Part shown: positions 17,611 through 29,819 of the stretch, in pieces | How positions within the stretch are numbered: the first letter of the stretch is position 1 | Layout: each line of letters starts with the position of its first letter | Assembly: GCA_963677925.2 (NCBI GenBank) | Contig: CAXXYH010000004.1 | Span: 384,001-448,000 of the forward strand | Direction of reading: 5' to 3' | Length of the DNA stretch: 64,000 bases | Source of the DNA: Spirochaetia bacterium | GTDB lineage: Bacteria; Spirochaetota; Spirochaetia; UBA9216 | Translations under genes and position numbers: made by a program | Notes under the pieces: generated by a model | The model's database searches: none | What the model saw: only the letters and a program-made list of their open reading frames with translations | Told to the model about the DNA's origin: nothing

Positions 17611-18361
17611 GATCCATCACCTCCGCGGCAAGTTTTTCATAGCTTCGGGCACCGATACACGTTTTGTCATACAAGTTTACAGGGACGCCATGAGAAGGAG
17701 CTTCCGATAATCTTACATTTCTCGGAATTATGGTTCTGAAAACCTTATCCTTGAAATAACCGGAAACCTCCTGGACAACTTCATTTGCAAGCCTGGTCCT
17801 GGAGTCGTACATAGTGAACAGGATACCGTCTATGCTGAGATTTTTATTAAGACCCTTCTGAACAGATTTAACTGTCTGAAGAAGAAGACTGAGACCTTCA
17901 AGCGCAAAGTATTCACACTGTAATGGGATGATCACCGAATCCGCAGCAGTCAGGCCGTTGAGGGTAAGAACACCAAGAGATGGAGGACAGTCAATAAAAA
18001 CATAATCGTAATTACTCTTAATTTTTGAAAGGCTGTTTTTAAGATAATACTCGCGGTTCTCAAGGTTGATAAGTTCTACATTTGCACCGGTAAGGTTTAT
18101 ATTGGAAGACAATATTTCCATATTATCCATGGCAGTTTTCTGAAGCGCTTCTTCAGGAGTTTTTTTACCAACTATAACTTCATATATACCGGCTTCATTT
18201 CTATCAGCACCGACACAGCTTGAAAGATTGCCCTGCGGATCAAAATCAACAAGCAGAACTTTTTTCCCGGCTTCAGCAACATAAGCCCCCAGATTTGCGG
18301 CGGTTGTAGTTTTTCCTACTCCACCCTTCTGGTTCGCGAACACAACAGTCTTTCCTTTCAT
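17603..18361 (-). CDS. parA: Chromosome partitioning ATPase ParA/Soj
   Basis: NQKGGVGKTTT, DPQGN, IDCPPSLG, IPRNVRLSEAPSHG. Confidence 0.96.
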   Translation of the reverse strand: MKGKTVVFANQKGGVGKTTTAANLGAYVAEAGKKVLLVDFDPQGNLSSCVGADRNEAGIYEVIVGKKTPEEALQKTAMDNMEILSSNINLTGANVELINLENREYYLKNSLSKIKSNYDYVFIDCPPSLGVLTLNGLTAADSVIIPLQCEYFALEGLSLLLQTVKSVQKGLNKNLSIDGILFTMYDSRTRLANEVVQEVSGYFKDKVFRTIIPRNVRLSEAPSHGVPVNLYDKTCIGARSYEKLAAEVMDRV

Positions 18362-18481
18362 GAAAAGTATTTTATACTGTATTGTTATTTTTGGTAAGAG
18401 GCAAAAAACTTTTCATCCTAAAAACAGCTATTATTGACGATCGCTTATCGTAATAGTAATATTAAACCAAGGAGTTCTCAG

Positions 18482-18703
18482 ATGAAAGAAGCAGTTAGTG
18501 CGGCATTAGAAGATGTCAGACCGTCTCTCCAGGCAGACGGAGGCGACATTGAACTTGTCGATGTATCTGAAGACGGAGTTGTTTCTGTACAGCTCAAGGG
18601 CGCCTGTAACGGCTGTCCTATGTCTAAAATGACCCTTAAACAGGGTGTTGAAAGGTATCTTAAAGAACAGGTACCCGGAGTAAAAGAAGTAGTAGAAGCC
18701 TGA
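18482..18703 (+). CDS. NifU/NfuA C-terminal-domain Fe-S carrier protein
   Basis: VRPSLQADGGDIE and GACNGCP. AGGAG SD before ATG 18482; promoter TTGACG-N17-TAATAT at 18434-18462. Confidence 0.92.
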   Translation: MKEAVSAALEDVRPSLQADGGDIELVDVSEDGVVSVQLKGACNGCPMSKMTLKQGVERYLKEQVPGVKEVVEA

Positions 18704-18709
18704 AGTCAT

Positions 18710-18740
18710 GGGCTGACTCATCCTGAGTCAGCTCTTTTTT
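18710..18740 (+). terminator. Intrinsic terminator
   Basis: GGCTGACTCA-TCC-TGAGTCAGCT followed by a T-run. Confidence 0.8.
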
Positions 18741-18872
18741 CTTTGTAAAATACCAACAATCGATATATATTTAGAAAGATAGCTGTTATTTCCTATTTTT
18801 CTTAACTTTTAATGGAAATCAGCCGTAAATTAGAGAGATCTATGATTATTATTCTGTAAACGGGGAAGCATA

Positions 18873-19922
18873 GTGAGTTCCGGAGATAACAGCTTTATTC
18901 AACTGATAAAAGAGATCCCAAAGGCAGAAATTCATCTTCATCTCGAAGGTCTGGTAAGTGCTGACAGCATATGGAACCTTATCCAGGACAACAACCTTGA
19001 CCTTGAGGGAATTAAAAAAAGAGAAGACTTAATTGAAAAATTTAAGGTTACAAGTCTCGATGAGTTTATTGCACTGTTTATTAACGTAATACAATCCAGT
19101 TTTGTAAAAAACCAGGATGTTGCATACCTTATAAATGATGCCAAGGAATATCTTACAAGAAACAACATCAAGTACGCAGAAATATTTTTTGCAGTAACAA
19201 AATTTATTCAGACTGGTTTTTCATTTTCTTTTATGATGGATATTCTGGAAGCCGGGTCAAGAAAACTCTATGAAGAGTCCGGCATCACAGTCAAATGGCT
19301 GATTGATGTTTCCAGAACATTCGGGCCTGAGAACGCCGAGAACAATCTGAATCTTGTTCTTGAAAACAGAAAACCCAGTGTAATAGGTATAGGCCTCGGA
19401 GGTGCAGAATCTTCAGGACCGGCAGAAGACTACAGTGAAGTATTCAAAAAAGCCGAAGCTGAAGGACTTAAAGTAGTTGCCCATGCAGGTGAAGACATAG
19501 GTCCTGAATCAATTACAGCGGCCCTTGATTACCTTAATGCTGCTAGAATTGGTCACGGAATTAGTGCAATTCAGGATGAAGCCCTTATGGAAAGACTGGT
19601 CAAAGAACAGATTCCTCTTGAGATATGTCCGACAAGTAATCTTTTTACAAGAAAATTTGTTGAAAAGCTTCAGGATCATCCTATTAAAACCTTTTTTGAC
19701 AAAGGAATCTATGTAACTCTTAATTCGGATGACCCGACTCTTTTTAACTCCGAACTTACAAATGAATATATAATGCTTTATAAAGAAGGCATTTTTAATG
19801 AGAAAGAAATCCTGAAAATAATGAAAAACAATGTTTTTTCCATTTTTGCTGAAGAGTCAGTAAAGAAACAGCTCTGGTCTGAGGCGGAAAAGGTTATTTC
19901 CAAATACGGTTTCACGGAATAA
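18873..19922 (+). CDS. add: Adenosine/adenine deaminase
   Basis: PKAEIHLHLEG, HAGE, RIGHG, CPTSN, NSDDP. Confidence 0.9.
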   Translation: MSSGDNSFIQLIKEIPKAEIHLHLEGLVSADSIWNLIQDNNLDLEGIKKREDLIEKFKVTSLDEFIALFINVIQSSFVKNQDVAYLINDAKEYLTRNNIKYAEIFFAVTKFIQTGFSFSFMMDILEAGSRKLYEESGITVKWLIDVSRTFGPENAENNLNLVLENRKPSVIGIGLGGAESSGPAEDYSEVFKKAEAEGLKVVAHAGEDIGPESITAALDYLNAARIGHGISAIQDEALMERLVKEQIPLEICPTSNLFTRKFVEKLQDHPIKTFFDKGIYVTLNSDDPTLFNSELTNEYIMLYKEGIFNEKEILKIMKNNVFSIFAEESVKKQLWSEAEKVISKYGFTE

Positions 19923-19938
19923 TGTTTCACGTGAAACA
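19923..19938. promoter_or_regulatory. parS centromere site
   Basis: Perfect consensus palindrome TGTTTCACGTGAAACA; parAB 1.6 kb away, oriC about 4.7 kb away. Confidence 0.95.
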
Positions 19939-19979
19939 AAAAAAGGCTGACAAGAAATAATTCTTGGTCAGCCTTTTTT
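19939..19979. terminator. Bidirectional terminator between add and gyrA
   Basis: AAAAAAGGCTGAC...GTCAGCCTTTTTT. Confidence 0.8.
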
Positions 19980-20022
19980 ATATTCTTTTCAAACAAATAC
20001 CGGTTTTCACCGGCATCCATTA

Positions 20023-22458
20023 TTATTCATCATCTGAATCTTTAATAACTCTTGCTACTCCAATTACAGAATCCGGTTTATTGATATTTACAACTCTAAC
20101 CCCGAGTGCAGACTTACCCATAAGTGAAATATCTCCGCAGGCAAGTTTTAAGGTATTTCCCTGAGAGGTAATACAGACCATTTCGTCTTCTTCCTTAACT
20201 TCCATTACTCCGATAATTTCACCGGTTTTATCTGTTACCTTATAGGCAATCTGACCTCTGGTTCCTCGTCCATGCGGGGTAAACTGATCATAGTTTGTAC
20301 GTTTTCCATATCCGTATTCGCTGATGATCATCATCATTTCGTCTTCCCTTACACAGAGAATGCCGGCAAGCTCATCATTTCCAGAAAGCTTTATACCTGT
20401 TACACCCCTGGTTGCTCTGCCCATAGTTCTTACGGCCGACTCGTTGAATCGTAAAGCGCTTCCTTTCTTGGTTACAAGAAAAACTTCTTCATTACCTTTT
20501 GTAAGAATTGCACTTACAAGGGTATCTCCGCTGTCCAGTTTTACGGCAATAATTCCACGTGTTTTTGCGTTTGAGAAGTCGGAAGTTTTTACTTTCTTCA
20601 CAATTCCCCGTCTGGTTCCCATAAAGATGAACTCATCATCTGTAAAATCCTTAAGGGAAACAATGGTTTTAATCTCTTCATCAGGAGAGATTGAAAGAAG
20701 TGCTTTAACCTGTGTTCCCCTTGCAGCCCTGGAGCCTTCCGGTATTTCATGAATCTTCATCCAGTATGCCTTACCGACACTGGTGATGAAAAGTATATAA
20801 TCATGGGTGGAACCGACAAAGAGATGTTCAATAAAGTCTTCATTCTTCAGATTAGCAGAGGATGAGCCCTTTCCGCCCCTTCCCTGATTCTTATAAGCTG
20901 TTACCGGAAGTCTTTTGATGAATCCCTTGCTGGAGATGAGGACTACCATATCCTCTTCCTTGATCATATCTTCGATATCAATTTTTTCGGCTTCTTCAAG
21001 AACAATTTCAGTTGTTCTTCCCTTTCCATATTTAACAGCTATTTCTTCAGTTTCATCTTTTATTACACCAAGAATCTTGGAATCGTCAGATAAGAGGTCT
21101 TCAAGATAGGCAATTAAAGCTCTGATTTCAGCCAGTTCATCAAGTATCTTCTGAGTTTCAAGACTGGTAAGCTTCTGAAGTCTCATATCCAGAATAGCCT
21201 GAGCCTGCCTTTCAGAAAGCTTGAATGTATCCATCAATGATGTTCGGGCAATATCTACTGTTTTTGAACTTTTTATTATTTTGATAACATCATCAATATT
21301 ATCTAGAGCAATCTTTAAACCTATAAGAATGTGTTCTCTTTCTTTTGCCTTTTTAAGATCAAACTGGGTTCTTCTTGTAATTACTTCCTGACGGTGCTCT
21401 ACAAAATATTTTATCTGGTCTTTTAAAGTTAGAAGCTTTGGCTTTCCTTTTACGATAGCTAAAGCATTTACATTAAAATTCTGCTGCAGCTGTGTCTGAG
21501 TAAAAAGACGGTTTAAAACAACCCTGGGTATAGCACCCCTTTTCAGCTCAATAACAATCCTGATACCGTCCCTGTCGGACTCATCCCGAAGGTCAGAAAT
21601 ACCTTCAAGTTTTTTGTCGGAAACCAGATCTGCAATCTTTGTTATAAGAGTAACCTTGTTAACCGCATATGGAATTTCAGTAACAATAATTATATCTTTA
21701 CCGGTTTTTGTAGTTTCAAGCGAACATCTTGCCCTTATAGTAACTCTTCCGCGTCCTGTTTTATAGGCATTCTTAATACCTGTTTTTCCGAAAATGATAC
21801 CTCTGGTTGGAAAATCAGGACCGCTTATATGCTCCATCAAACCTTCAATTGTAATTTCTGGATCATCAATATACGCTTTTACAGCATTGCTTACTTCTTC
21901 TATATTATGCGGCGGCATGTTTGTAGCCATACCTACTGCAATTCCGCTTGCTCCGTTTATCAGAAGGTTTGGTATTGCAGCAGGAAGAACAAGCGGTTCC
22001 TGAAGTGAGTCATCATAGTTCGGTCCGAAATCAACAGTTTCCTTTTTGATGTCGTTAAGCAGTTCATCGGCAATCTTCTGGAGTTTTGCCTCTGTATATC
22101 TCATAGCTGCTGGAGGATCCCCGTCTATAGATCCGAAGTTACCCTGTCCATTGACAAGTGGGTAACGCATAGAGAAGTCCTGTGCAAGTCTTACAAGAGC
22201 ATCATATATGGACTGGTCACCGTGAGGGTGATACTTTCCAAGAACATCTCCAACTATTCTTCCGCACTTTTTATTAGGCCTGTCCGATTTCAGGCCCATT
22301 TCACTCATTGCATAGAGTATTCTTCGATGTACCGGTTTCAGTCCATCACGGACATCAGGAAGGGCCCTGCTGATGATTACTGACATTGCGTAATTGAGAT
22401 AGGAGTTTTTCATCTCCTCCTCAATCGCAACTGGTATAACTTTTCCGGTTGTTTCCAA
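20023..22458 (-). CDS. gyrA: DNA gyrase subunit A
   Basis: [22 protein letters not shown], GyrA-box QGRGGKG. Confidence 0.98.
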   Translation of the reverse strand: METTGKVIPVAIEEEMKNSYLNYAMSVIISRALPDVRDGLKPVHRRILYAMSEMGLKSDRPNKKCGRIVGDVLGKYHPHGDQSIYDALVRLAQDFSMRYPLVNGQGNFGSIDGDPPAAMRYTEAKLQKIADELLNDIKKETVDFGPNYDDSLQEPLVLPAAIPNLLINGASGIAVGMATNMPPHNIEEVSNAVKAYIDDPEITIEGLMEHISGPDFPTRGIIFGKTGIKNAYKTGRGRVTIRARCSLETTKTGKDIIIVTEIPYAVNKVTLITKIADLVSDKKLEGISDLRDESDRDGIRIVIELKRGAIPRVVLNRLFTQTQLQQNFNVNALAIVKGKPKLLTLKDQIKYFVEHRQEVITRRTQFDLKKAKEREHILIGLKIALDNIDDVIKIIKSSKTVDIARTSLMDTFKLSERQAQAILDMRLQKLTSLETQKILDELAEIRALIAYLEDLLSDDSKILGVIKDETEEIAVKYGKGRTTEIVLEEAEKIDIEDMIKEEDMVVLISSKGFIKRLPVTAYKNQGRGGKGSSSANLKNEDFIEHLFVGSTHDYILFITSVGKAYWMKIHEIPEGSRAARGTQVKALLSISPDEEIKTIVSLKDFTDDEFIFMGTRRGIVKKVKTSDFSNAKTRGIIAVKLDSGDTLVSAILTKGNEEVFLVTKKGSALRFNESAVRTMGRATRGVTGIKLSGNDELAGILCVREDEMMMIISEYGYGKRTNYDQFTPHGRGTRGQIAYKVTDKTGEIIGVMEVKEEDEMVCITSQGNTLKLACGDISLMGKSALGVRVVNINKPDSVIGVARVIKDSDDE

Positions 22459-22486
22459 TTTTAGCCCCCGCTAAGTAAATTAGGTA

Positions 22487-24436
<1,950 letters not shown>

Positions 24437-24599
24437 CTACATTATATCTTTGTTAAAATAAAAAAACAAGCGTCGAGCTTCTTTAGCCAATTCTGAAATT
24501 ACCCGAATTCCTAATGATATTTTCTTGCAAAGAGATACGCTATAGATTAAAATAGCCAATTGAGTGCTTGAGCCTGTTTTTAAAAATGTTTTTAACGCA

Positions 24600-24830
24600 C
24601 TTACTTGTGTATAACTTGTGGATAACTTATTAAAAACTAATTATTTATACTGAATAAAATTATACTGAGTTGATATATATAATTTTTATTTATATAGATT
24701 TATAACTCATTATAATATATAGATTTATTCATTAGTGCTGATTTAAATCCGGATTTTTAAAGTTATCCGGATTTTTTTAACATTATTTGATTTTTTAGTT
24801 ACTTGTGGATAAGCTGTTAATAAAAGGATT
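24600..24830. other. oriC sub-region upstream of dnaA (DnaA boxes + AT-rich repeats)
   Basis: TGTGTATAA 24606, TGTGGATAA 24617, TGTGGATAA 24804, TGTTAATAA 24815; direct 13-mer TATATAGATTTAT at 24691 and 24716. Confidence 0.85.
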
Positions 24831-24836
24831 AAACCT

Positions 24837-26264
24837 ATGCCCGATAATGATGTATGGGATTGGAGCGGTTTCTGGTCTGAGACCCTCAATCAATTCAGGA
24901 ACCGGATCACTGAACAGGAATGGGTCATGTGGTTCAGTAATCTTGAGTATATTTCCGGTAATGAAAATACCATAAACATAGCCGTACCATCTTCATTCTA
25001 TAAGGATCAAATTTCCCAGAGATACGGCAAAGAACTGGGACAGACTATAGAAGAAATATGCGGTAATGAACTTTCTATTATTTTTGAAGTTGTAAAAAAA
25101 ACAAAAGATACTCAGGAATCAAAGAAACAGCATGTTTCCGAAACTGCTGAAATTGAAACTCCTGTAAAAAGAGATAGACCAGTTTCAAAACCTCAGACAA
25201 GGGTCAGAGAATCAGCACTGTCTGATTCCCACTATCAGCTTAATCCTGATTATACCTTTGATACATTTGTTATCGGAGAAAATAATTCATTTGCTGCCAA
25301 CGCAGCCTATGCTATTTCCAAAAATCCGGGAACTGCATATAACCCCTGTCTTTTCTATGGAGGTGTCGGACTTGGTAAGACCCACCTCATTCAGTCTATA
25401 GGACATTCGGTTTTTGCAGATACACCCGAACTGAAGATTGTTTATGTTACTGCCGAAACCTTCACTAATGAGTTTCTGGATCTTCTTTCAAAGAAAAAAA
25501 TCCAGCAGTTCAAAAATAAATACCGCACGGTAGATGTACTTCTCATCGATGATATTCATTTTCTTCAGGGAAAAGAAGCAACTCAGGAAGAGCTCTTTCA
25601 TACCTTTAATGCATTGTATGAATCCAAGAAGCAGATAGTATTTACCTGTGACCGTCCTGTATCTGAGCTTAAAAATCTTGCAGACAGATTAAGAAGCCGT
25701 TTTGAACGCGGTCTTAATGTTGATTTGAAACCGCCAAACCTTGAAACCCGTCAGGCTATCCTTATGAGAAAGCTTGAAAATAGAAATATTCCAATATCAA
25801 GAGAAGTTATTGAACTTATATGCCAGAATATAACTTCAAATGTAAGGGATCTTGAATCTGCACTTTTAAAACTTGTTGCCTATTCCGAACTTGTTCATAA
25901 AGAAATTACCCTTGATATAGCCAAAGAACAGCTCAAAGACCACTTCATAGACATTGTACAGGCTAATGTTTCTGTTGATCAGATACAGAGAATAGTTGCG
26001 GATTATTTTGGTGTAGGTATTTCTGATCTGAAAAGCAAAAAGAGAACAAAAGCTGTCACCCTTCCAAGACAGGTTGCAATGTATATACTGCGTGAAATGA
26101 CTGAGTACTCAACTACAGAGATAGGATATGAATTCGGCGGACGCGATCATACAACTGTTATGCATGCATGTCAGCGTATTGAAAGCAGGATGAAAACCGA
26201 TTCTACACTTGAACCGGCTATTAATAACCTTATCAGGACTATTAAAGACGAGCGTAAAAACTAG
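24837..26264 (+). CDS. dnaA: Chromosomal replication initiator DnaA
   Basis: YNP, GGVGLGKTHL, LLIDDIHF, NVRDLE, GGRDHTTVMHA. Confidence 0.98.
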   Translation: MPDNDVWDWSGFWSETLNQFRNRITEQEWVMWFSNLEYISGNENTINIAVPSSFYKDQISQRYGKELGQTIEEICGNELSIIFEVVKKTKDTQESKKQHVSETAEIETPVKRDRPVSKPQTRVRESALSDSHYQLNPDYTFDTFVIGENNSFAANAAYAISKNPGTAYNPCLFYGGVGLGKTHLIQSIGHSVFADTPELKIVYVTAETFTNEFLDLLSKKKIQQFKNKYRTVDVLLIDDIHFLQGKEATQEELFHTFNALYESKKQIVFTCDRPVSELKNLADRLRSRFERGLNVDLKPPNLETRQAILMRKLENRNIPISREVIELICQNITSNVRDLESALLKLVAYSELVHKEITLDIAKEQLKDHFIDIVQANVSVDQIQRIVADYFGVGISDLKSKKRTKAVTLPRQVAMYILREMTEYSTTEIGYEFGGRDHTTVMHACQRIESRMKTDSTLEPAINNLIRTIKDERKN

Positions 26265-26271
26265 AAAAATC

Positions 26272-26470
26272 TGTTGATATTCTGTTTATGAATTGCGGAA
26301 AATTTATTATTCTGTTAATAAATTGAATAACCGGTTAATAATTTTTGAAAGTTATTATTTTTATATTTTCTTATGTATATAGGATTTAACCGGGTTATTA
26401 ACATATTAGAAGATATTACTATTATTACTTCTTAATTAATATATAATGTATAATTAGAGAATGTATAATT
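26272..26470. other. oriC sub-region downstream of dnaA, probable unwinding element
   Basis: Degenerate boxes at 26272, 26283, 26294 and 26313; TTATTAACA 26395; TAT-TAC-TAT-TAT-TAC-TTC trio-like array 26414-26431, then an AT-rich tract. Confidence 0.75.
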
Positions 26471-26488
26471 GTATTGAAGGAGATATCA

Positions 26489-27592
26489 ATGAAATTTACT
26501 TGTGAAAAAAGCAATATTACAAGAGAAATATCCATAGCTCAGGAAATTATATCTTCCAAGAATGCTCTATCTATTCTTTCAAATGTTCTTCTTGAAGCTG
26601 AAAATAATACTCTTTCAATCAAAGCTACTGATCTTAAAGTCGGTTTTGAAACCAGTATCCCTGTAGATATCAGTATGCCGGGAAGTACCACAGTTTACTG
26701 TGATAAGTTTCTTAGTATTTTAAGATCACTGCCTGACGGAGATATTGAATTTGAACTTAAAGACGGGAAGCTTTATATTAAGCCCTTATTTAAGAAAATT
26801 AACTTTCAGCTCAAAAGTATTGCATCTGAACAGTATCCTGAAATGCAGAAGATATCCGACGACAGTTTCTTTGTAATGCCTCAGAAAGATCTTATTGAAA
26901 TGATTACACAGACGGTTTTTGCTGTCTCTGATGATGAAACAAGATATTTTATGAATGGTGTCTTCATGGAAAACAGCGAAGGCAACCTGATTATGGTTGC
27001 TACTGACGGAAGAAGACTGTCATTTATCAAAAAAAATACTGCCGGTACTGTAAAACCTTTCAGCGGAGTAATAATTCCGCCAAAAGTACTTTTACTTATA
27101 AGCAAACTATGCAGCGGTGAAGGCTCAATACAGGTCGCTGTAACAGAGAAAAACATATTCTTTAAGTTTGACAACCAGAAAATATCATCAAGCCTTATAG
27201 AGGGCCAGTTTCCCAACTATAACAGGGTTATTCCGGATAACCAGCAGTATGATATTACTGTGAGAAGGGATGAACTTGTTGAAGCTGTTAAACGTGTTTC
27301 TCTGCTTGTAGAAAATAAATCAAGAAGAATATTTATGAACCTGGCTTCTGGAATAATTGAACTTAATTCCGAAGAAAGTGAAATCGGTGTGGCAAAAGAG
27401 GAAATTGAATGTGCCTTTGAGGGTCCTGAAACTACAATAGCACTTAATTATTCCTACCTTACCGACCCTCTGCGTGTAATAAACAATGAAAATGTCAGGA
27501 TAAGGTTTTCTGAGCCGAATAAGGCCATAACAGTTCAGCCTGCAGAGGAAGCCGACTATTTTCACATTGTTATGCCTATGCAGCTTGACTGA
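26489..27592 (+). CDS. dnaN: DNA polymerase III beta sliding clamp
   Basis: ATDL, VATDGRRL, GQFPNY, VMPM; AAGGAG SD before ATG 26489. Confidence 0.97.
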   Translation: MKFTCEKSNITREISIAQEIISSKNALSILSNVLLEAENNTLSIKATDLKVGFETSIPVDISMPGSTTVYCDKFLSILRSLPDGDIEFELKDGKLYIKPLFKKINFQLKSIASEQYPEMQKISDDSFFVMPQKDLIEMITQTVFAVSDDETRYFMNGVFMENSEGNLIMVATDGRRLSFIKKNTAGTVKPFSGVIIPPKVLLLISKLCSGEGSIQVAVTEKNIFFKFDNQKISSSLIEGQFPNYNRVIPDNQQYDITVRRDELVEAVKRVSLLVENKSRRIFMNLASGIIELNSEESEIGVAKEEIECAFEGPETTIALNYSYLTDPLRVINNENVRIRFSEPNKAITVQPAEEADYFHIVMPMQLD

Positions 27593-27598
27593 TACTGA

Positions 27599-28681
27599 AT
27601 GAGTTTTAAAACTGTAAAAGTTTTTAATTTTCGTAACCTTAGCAATTCAAGTATAAATTTCTCAGATAAAGATATTTACCTGGTCGGTGAAAACGGCCAG
27701 GGTAAAACAAATTTTCTTGAAAGCATTTATCTGCTTTGCGTAGGCTCATCTTTCCGTACAAAGAATGAGAACATGTTTATTAAATCAGGTCAGAAATCGA
27801 TGTCTGTTTCCGGAGAATACGTGGATAAGGGTACTTTTCGTAAAATACTGCTGAAAATTGAAGGCGGCCGTAAAAGTATTTCAGTTGATGGAGTCAGGCT
27901 TAAAGACAGAAAGGAGCTGATTGCTGATTTTCCCTGCATTGTTTTTTCACATGATGATATCAATGTCGTAAACGGGGCACCTGAAAAGCGCAGAATCTTT
28001 ATGAATCAGACCATCAGTCTTTATGATTCTGAATATATTGATTCGCTTCGCCTGTATAACAGAGTTCTTAAGATTAGAAACCGTGTTCTAAAAGAAAAAC
28101 GGATTGATTTGATTGATTTATATGATAATCAGCTTGCCGAGGCCGGGATAGTAATTCAAAAAAAACGGATACAGCTGATAAATGATTTCAACTCGACTTT
28201 TTCTTTTCTTTACCGGACTATAGCTTCAGCTGACATTGATTTAAAAATCAGATATTCATCCTCCTGGAAAAATAAACCGGAACAGGAAGAAATTTTAACT
28301 GAATTAAAAGAGCATCGCAAAAAAGATATTGATTATGCTCTTACAACTTCCGGACCGCATCGTGACCGGATAGGTTTTTATAGCGGAAATCACAATTTTG
28401 CTTCAACGGCATCAACAGGTCAGGTTAGACTTATTTCCTTATCACTTAAAGCTTCACAGGCAGTATTTTTCTCTGTAAAAACTGGAAAACAGCCGATTCT
28501 GCTTCTTGATGATGTACTGCTGGAACTTGATCTTCAGAAACGTAAACGATTTCTTGAAAACCTTCCTGATTATAAACAGGCCTTTTTTACATTTCTTCCT
28601 GATGAAGGGCTTGTTGATTATAAGAAAAGCGGCCATCTTCACAGGGTCAGCAATGGAAATATTGAATTGGAGGAAGTATGA
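27599..28681 (+). CDS. recF: DNA replication/repair protein RecF
   Basis: NFRN, GENGQGKTN, GPHRD, STGQ, LLLDDV. Confidence 0.95.
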   Translation: MSFKTVKVFNFRNLSNSSINFSDKDIYLVGENGQGKTNFLESIYLLCVGSSFRTKNENMFIKSGQKSMSVSGEYVDKGTFRKILLKIEGGRKSISVDGVRLKDRKELIADFPCIVFSHDDINVVNGAPEKRRIFMNQTISLYDSEYIDSLRLYNRVLKIRNRVLKEKRIDLIDLYDNQLAEAGIVIQKKRIQLINDFNSTFSFLYRTIASADIDLKIRYSSSWKNKPEQEEILTELKEHRKKDIDYALTTSGPHRDRIGFYSGNHNFASTASTGQVRLISLSLKASQAVFFSVKTGKQPILLLDDVLLELDLQKRKRFLENLPDYKQAFFTFLPDEGLVDYKKSGHLHRVSNGNIELEEV

Positions 28682-28959
28682 AAAAGGCTGCTGATTTAAT
28701 AAAAATCATGATTGATAATATGATTCAGGATGAAAGTCAGCGCGAAGCTGTATCATTATTTTCATCATGGTCGGAAATTGCCGGTATTGATGAAGGTGCT
28801 CATTCAAAAATTGAGGAGATAGAAAACGGAATAGTTTATGTTAAAGTAGACCATCCCGGCTGGCTTCAAAAGCTCGAATTTAAAAAAAGAACAATACTTA
28901 GAAAACTGCAGAAAAGTTATCCCGAATTGAAGTTAAAGGATGTCCGTATAAGACTTTAG
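28678..28959 (+). CDS. DciA/DUF721 family helicase-loader protein
   Basis: WSEIAG and VDHPGWLQKL motifs; follows recF. Confidence 0.82.
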   Translation: MKKAADLIKIMIDNMIQDESQREAVSLFSSWSEIAGIDEGAHSKIEEIENGIVYVKVDHPGWLQKLEFKKRTILRKLQKSYPELKLKDVRIRL

Positions 28960-28962
28960 ATC

Positions 28963-28992
28963 TTGACATCTGCAGACTAAAAAACGTATACT
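28963..28992 (+). promoter_or_regulatory. sigma70 promoter of the rpmH operon
   Basis: TTGACA-N18-TATACT. Confidence 0.7.
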
Positions 28993-29080
28993 ACGGAACC
29001 TTAGTGCAATTTAGAATCTAATTGATTATATTTTAATATATTTAACTGATATAACGATTTATACATAAGGAGCATCCCTG

Positions 29081-29236
29081 ATGAAAAGAACATATCAGCC
29101 CAGCAAGGTGAAGAGAAATCGTAAATTCGGCTTCAGGGCGAGAATGGCAACAGCAGGCGGCAGAGCAATTCTTGCACGCAGAAGAAAAAAAGGCAGAAAG
29201 AAACTTTCTGTTGCTGATGAAAAGAAGCCTTACTAG
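29081..29236 (+). CDS. rpmH: 50S ribosomal protein L34 (absent from ORF track)
   Basis: Hand translation [51 protein letters not shown]; AAGGAG SD. Confidence 0.97.
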   Translation: MKRTYQPSKVKRNRKFGFRARMATAGGRAILARRRKKGRKKLSVADEKKPY

Positions 29237-29570
29237 GGAAGAAAGACTTAAGAATCTTTCTGACATTAAAAATCTTTTTGCTTCCGGAAAGAAAGTTTCA
29301 GTTCCGGGAGCAAAACTGGTTTATTCCGGAAATAATCTTGGGTATTCAAGATTCATGGTTACCTTAATCAGGAAGTACGGTAATTCGGTTCAGCGTAACC
29401 GTGCTAAAAGAGTTGCTAGAGAAGTTTACAGGCTGAATAAAGATCGGCTGAAACCCGGATTTGATTTGGCCATCATTCTTTTTCCTTCTGCAGATTTCTA
29501 TTCTGCAAGAGAAAACCAGATACTTGGATTATTAAAAAAAGCCAGGCTTTGCTCCGGCATGGGAGAATGA
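29217..29570 (+). CDS. rnpA: Ribonuclease P protein component
   Basis: REERLK and [14 protein letters not shown] motif; start ATG 29217 overlaps the end of rpmH. Confidence 0.93.
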   Translation: MKRSLTREERLKNLSDIKNLFASGKKVSVPGAKLVYSGNNLGYSRFMVTLIRKYGNSVQRNRAKRVAREVYRLNKDRLKPGFDLAIILFPSADFYSARENQILGLLKKARLCSGMGE

Positions 29571-29580
29571 CAGGATCATT

Positions 29581-29802
29581 ATGAAAGAGCCGGTTAAAAA
29601 AACTATTATTGGATCTATAAAATTTTATAAAAAATTTATATCTCCAATGCTTCCAGATACATGCCGGTACTACCCAACCTGTTCAAGTTATGCAATCACA
29701 GCAATAGAGAAATACGGACCCGGAAAAGGCAGCTATATGGCTGCCCGACGCATTTTAAGGTGTAATCCCTTTCATGCAGGCGGTTATGATCCGGTTCCCT
29801 GA
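29581..29802 (+). CDS. yidD: Membrane protein insertion efficiency factor
   Basis: [25 protein letters not shown]. Confidence 0.95.
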   Translation: MKEPVKKTIIGSIKFYKKFISPMLPDTCRYYPTCSSYAITAIEKYGPGKGSYMAARRILRCNPFHAGGYDPVP

Positions 29803-29819
29803 AATAAAAAGGAGTAGCA

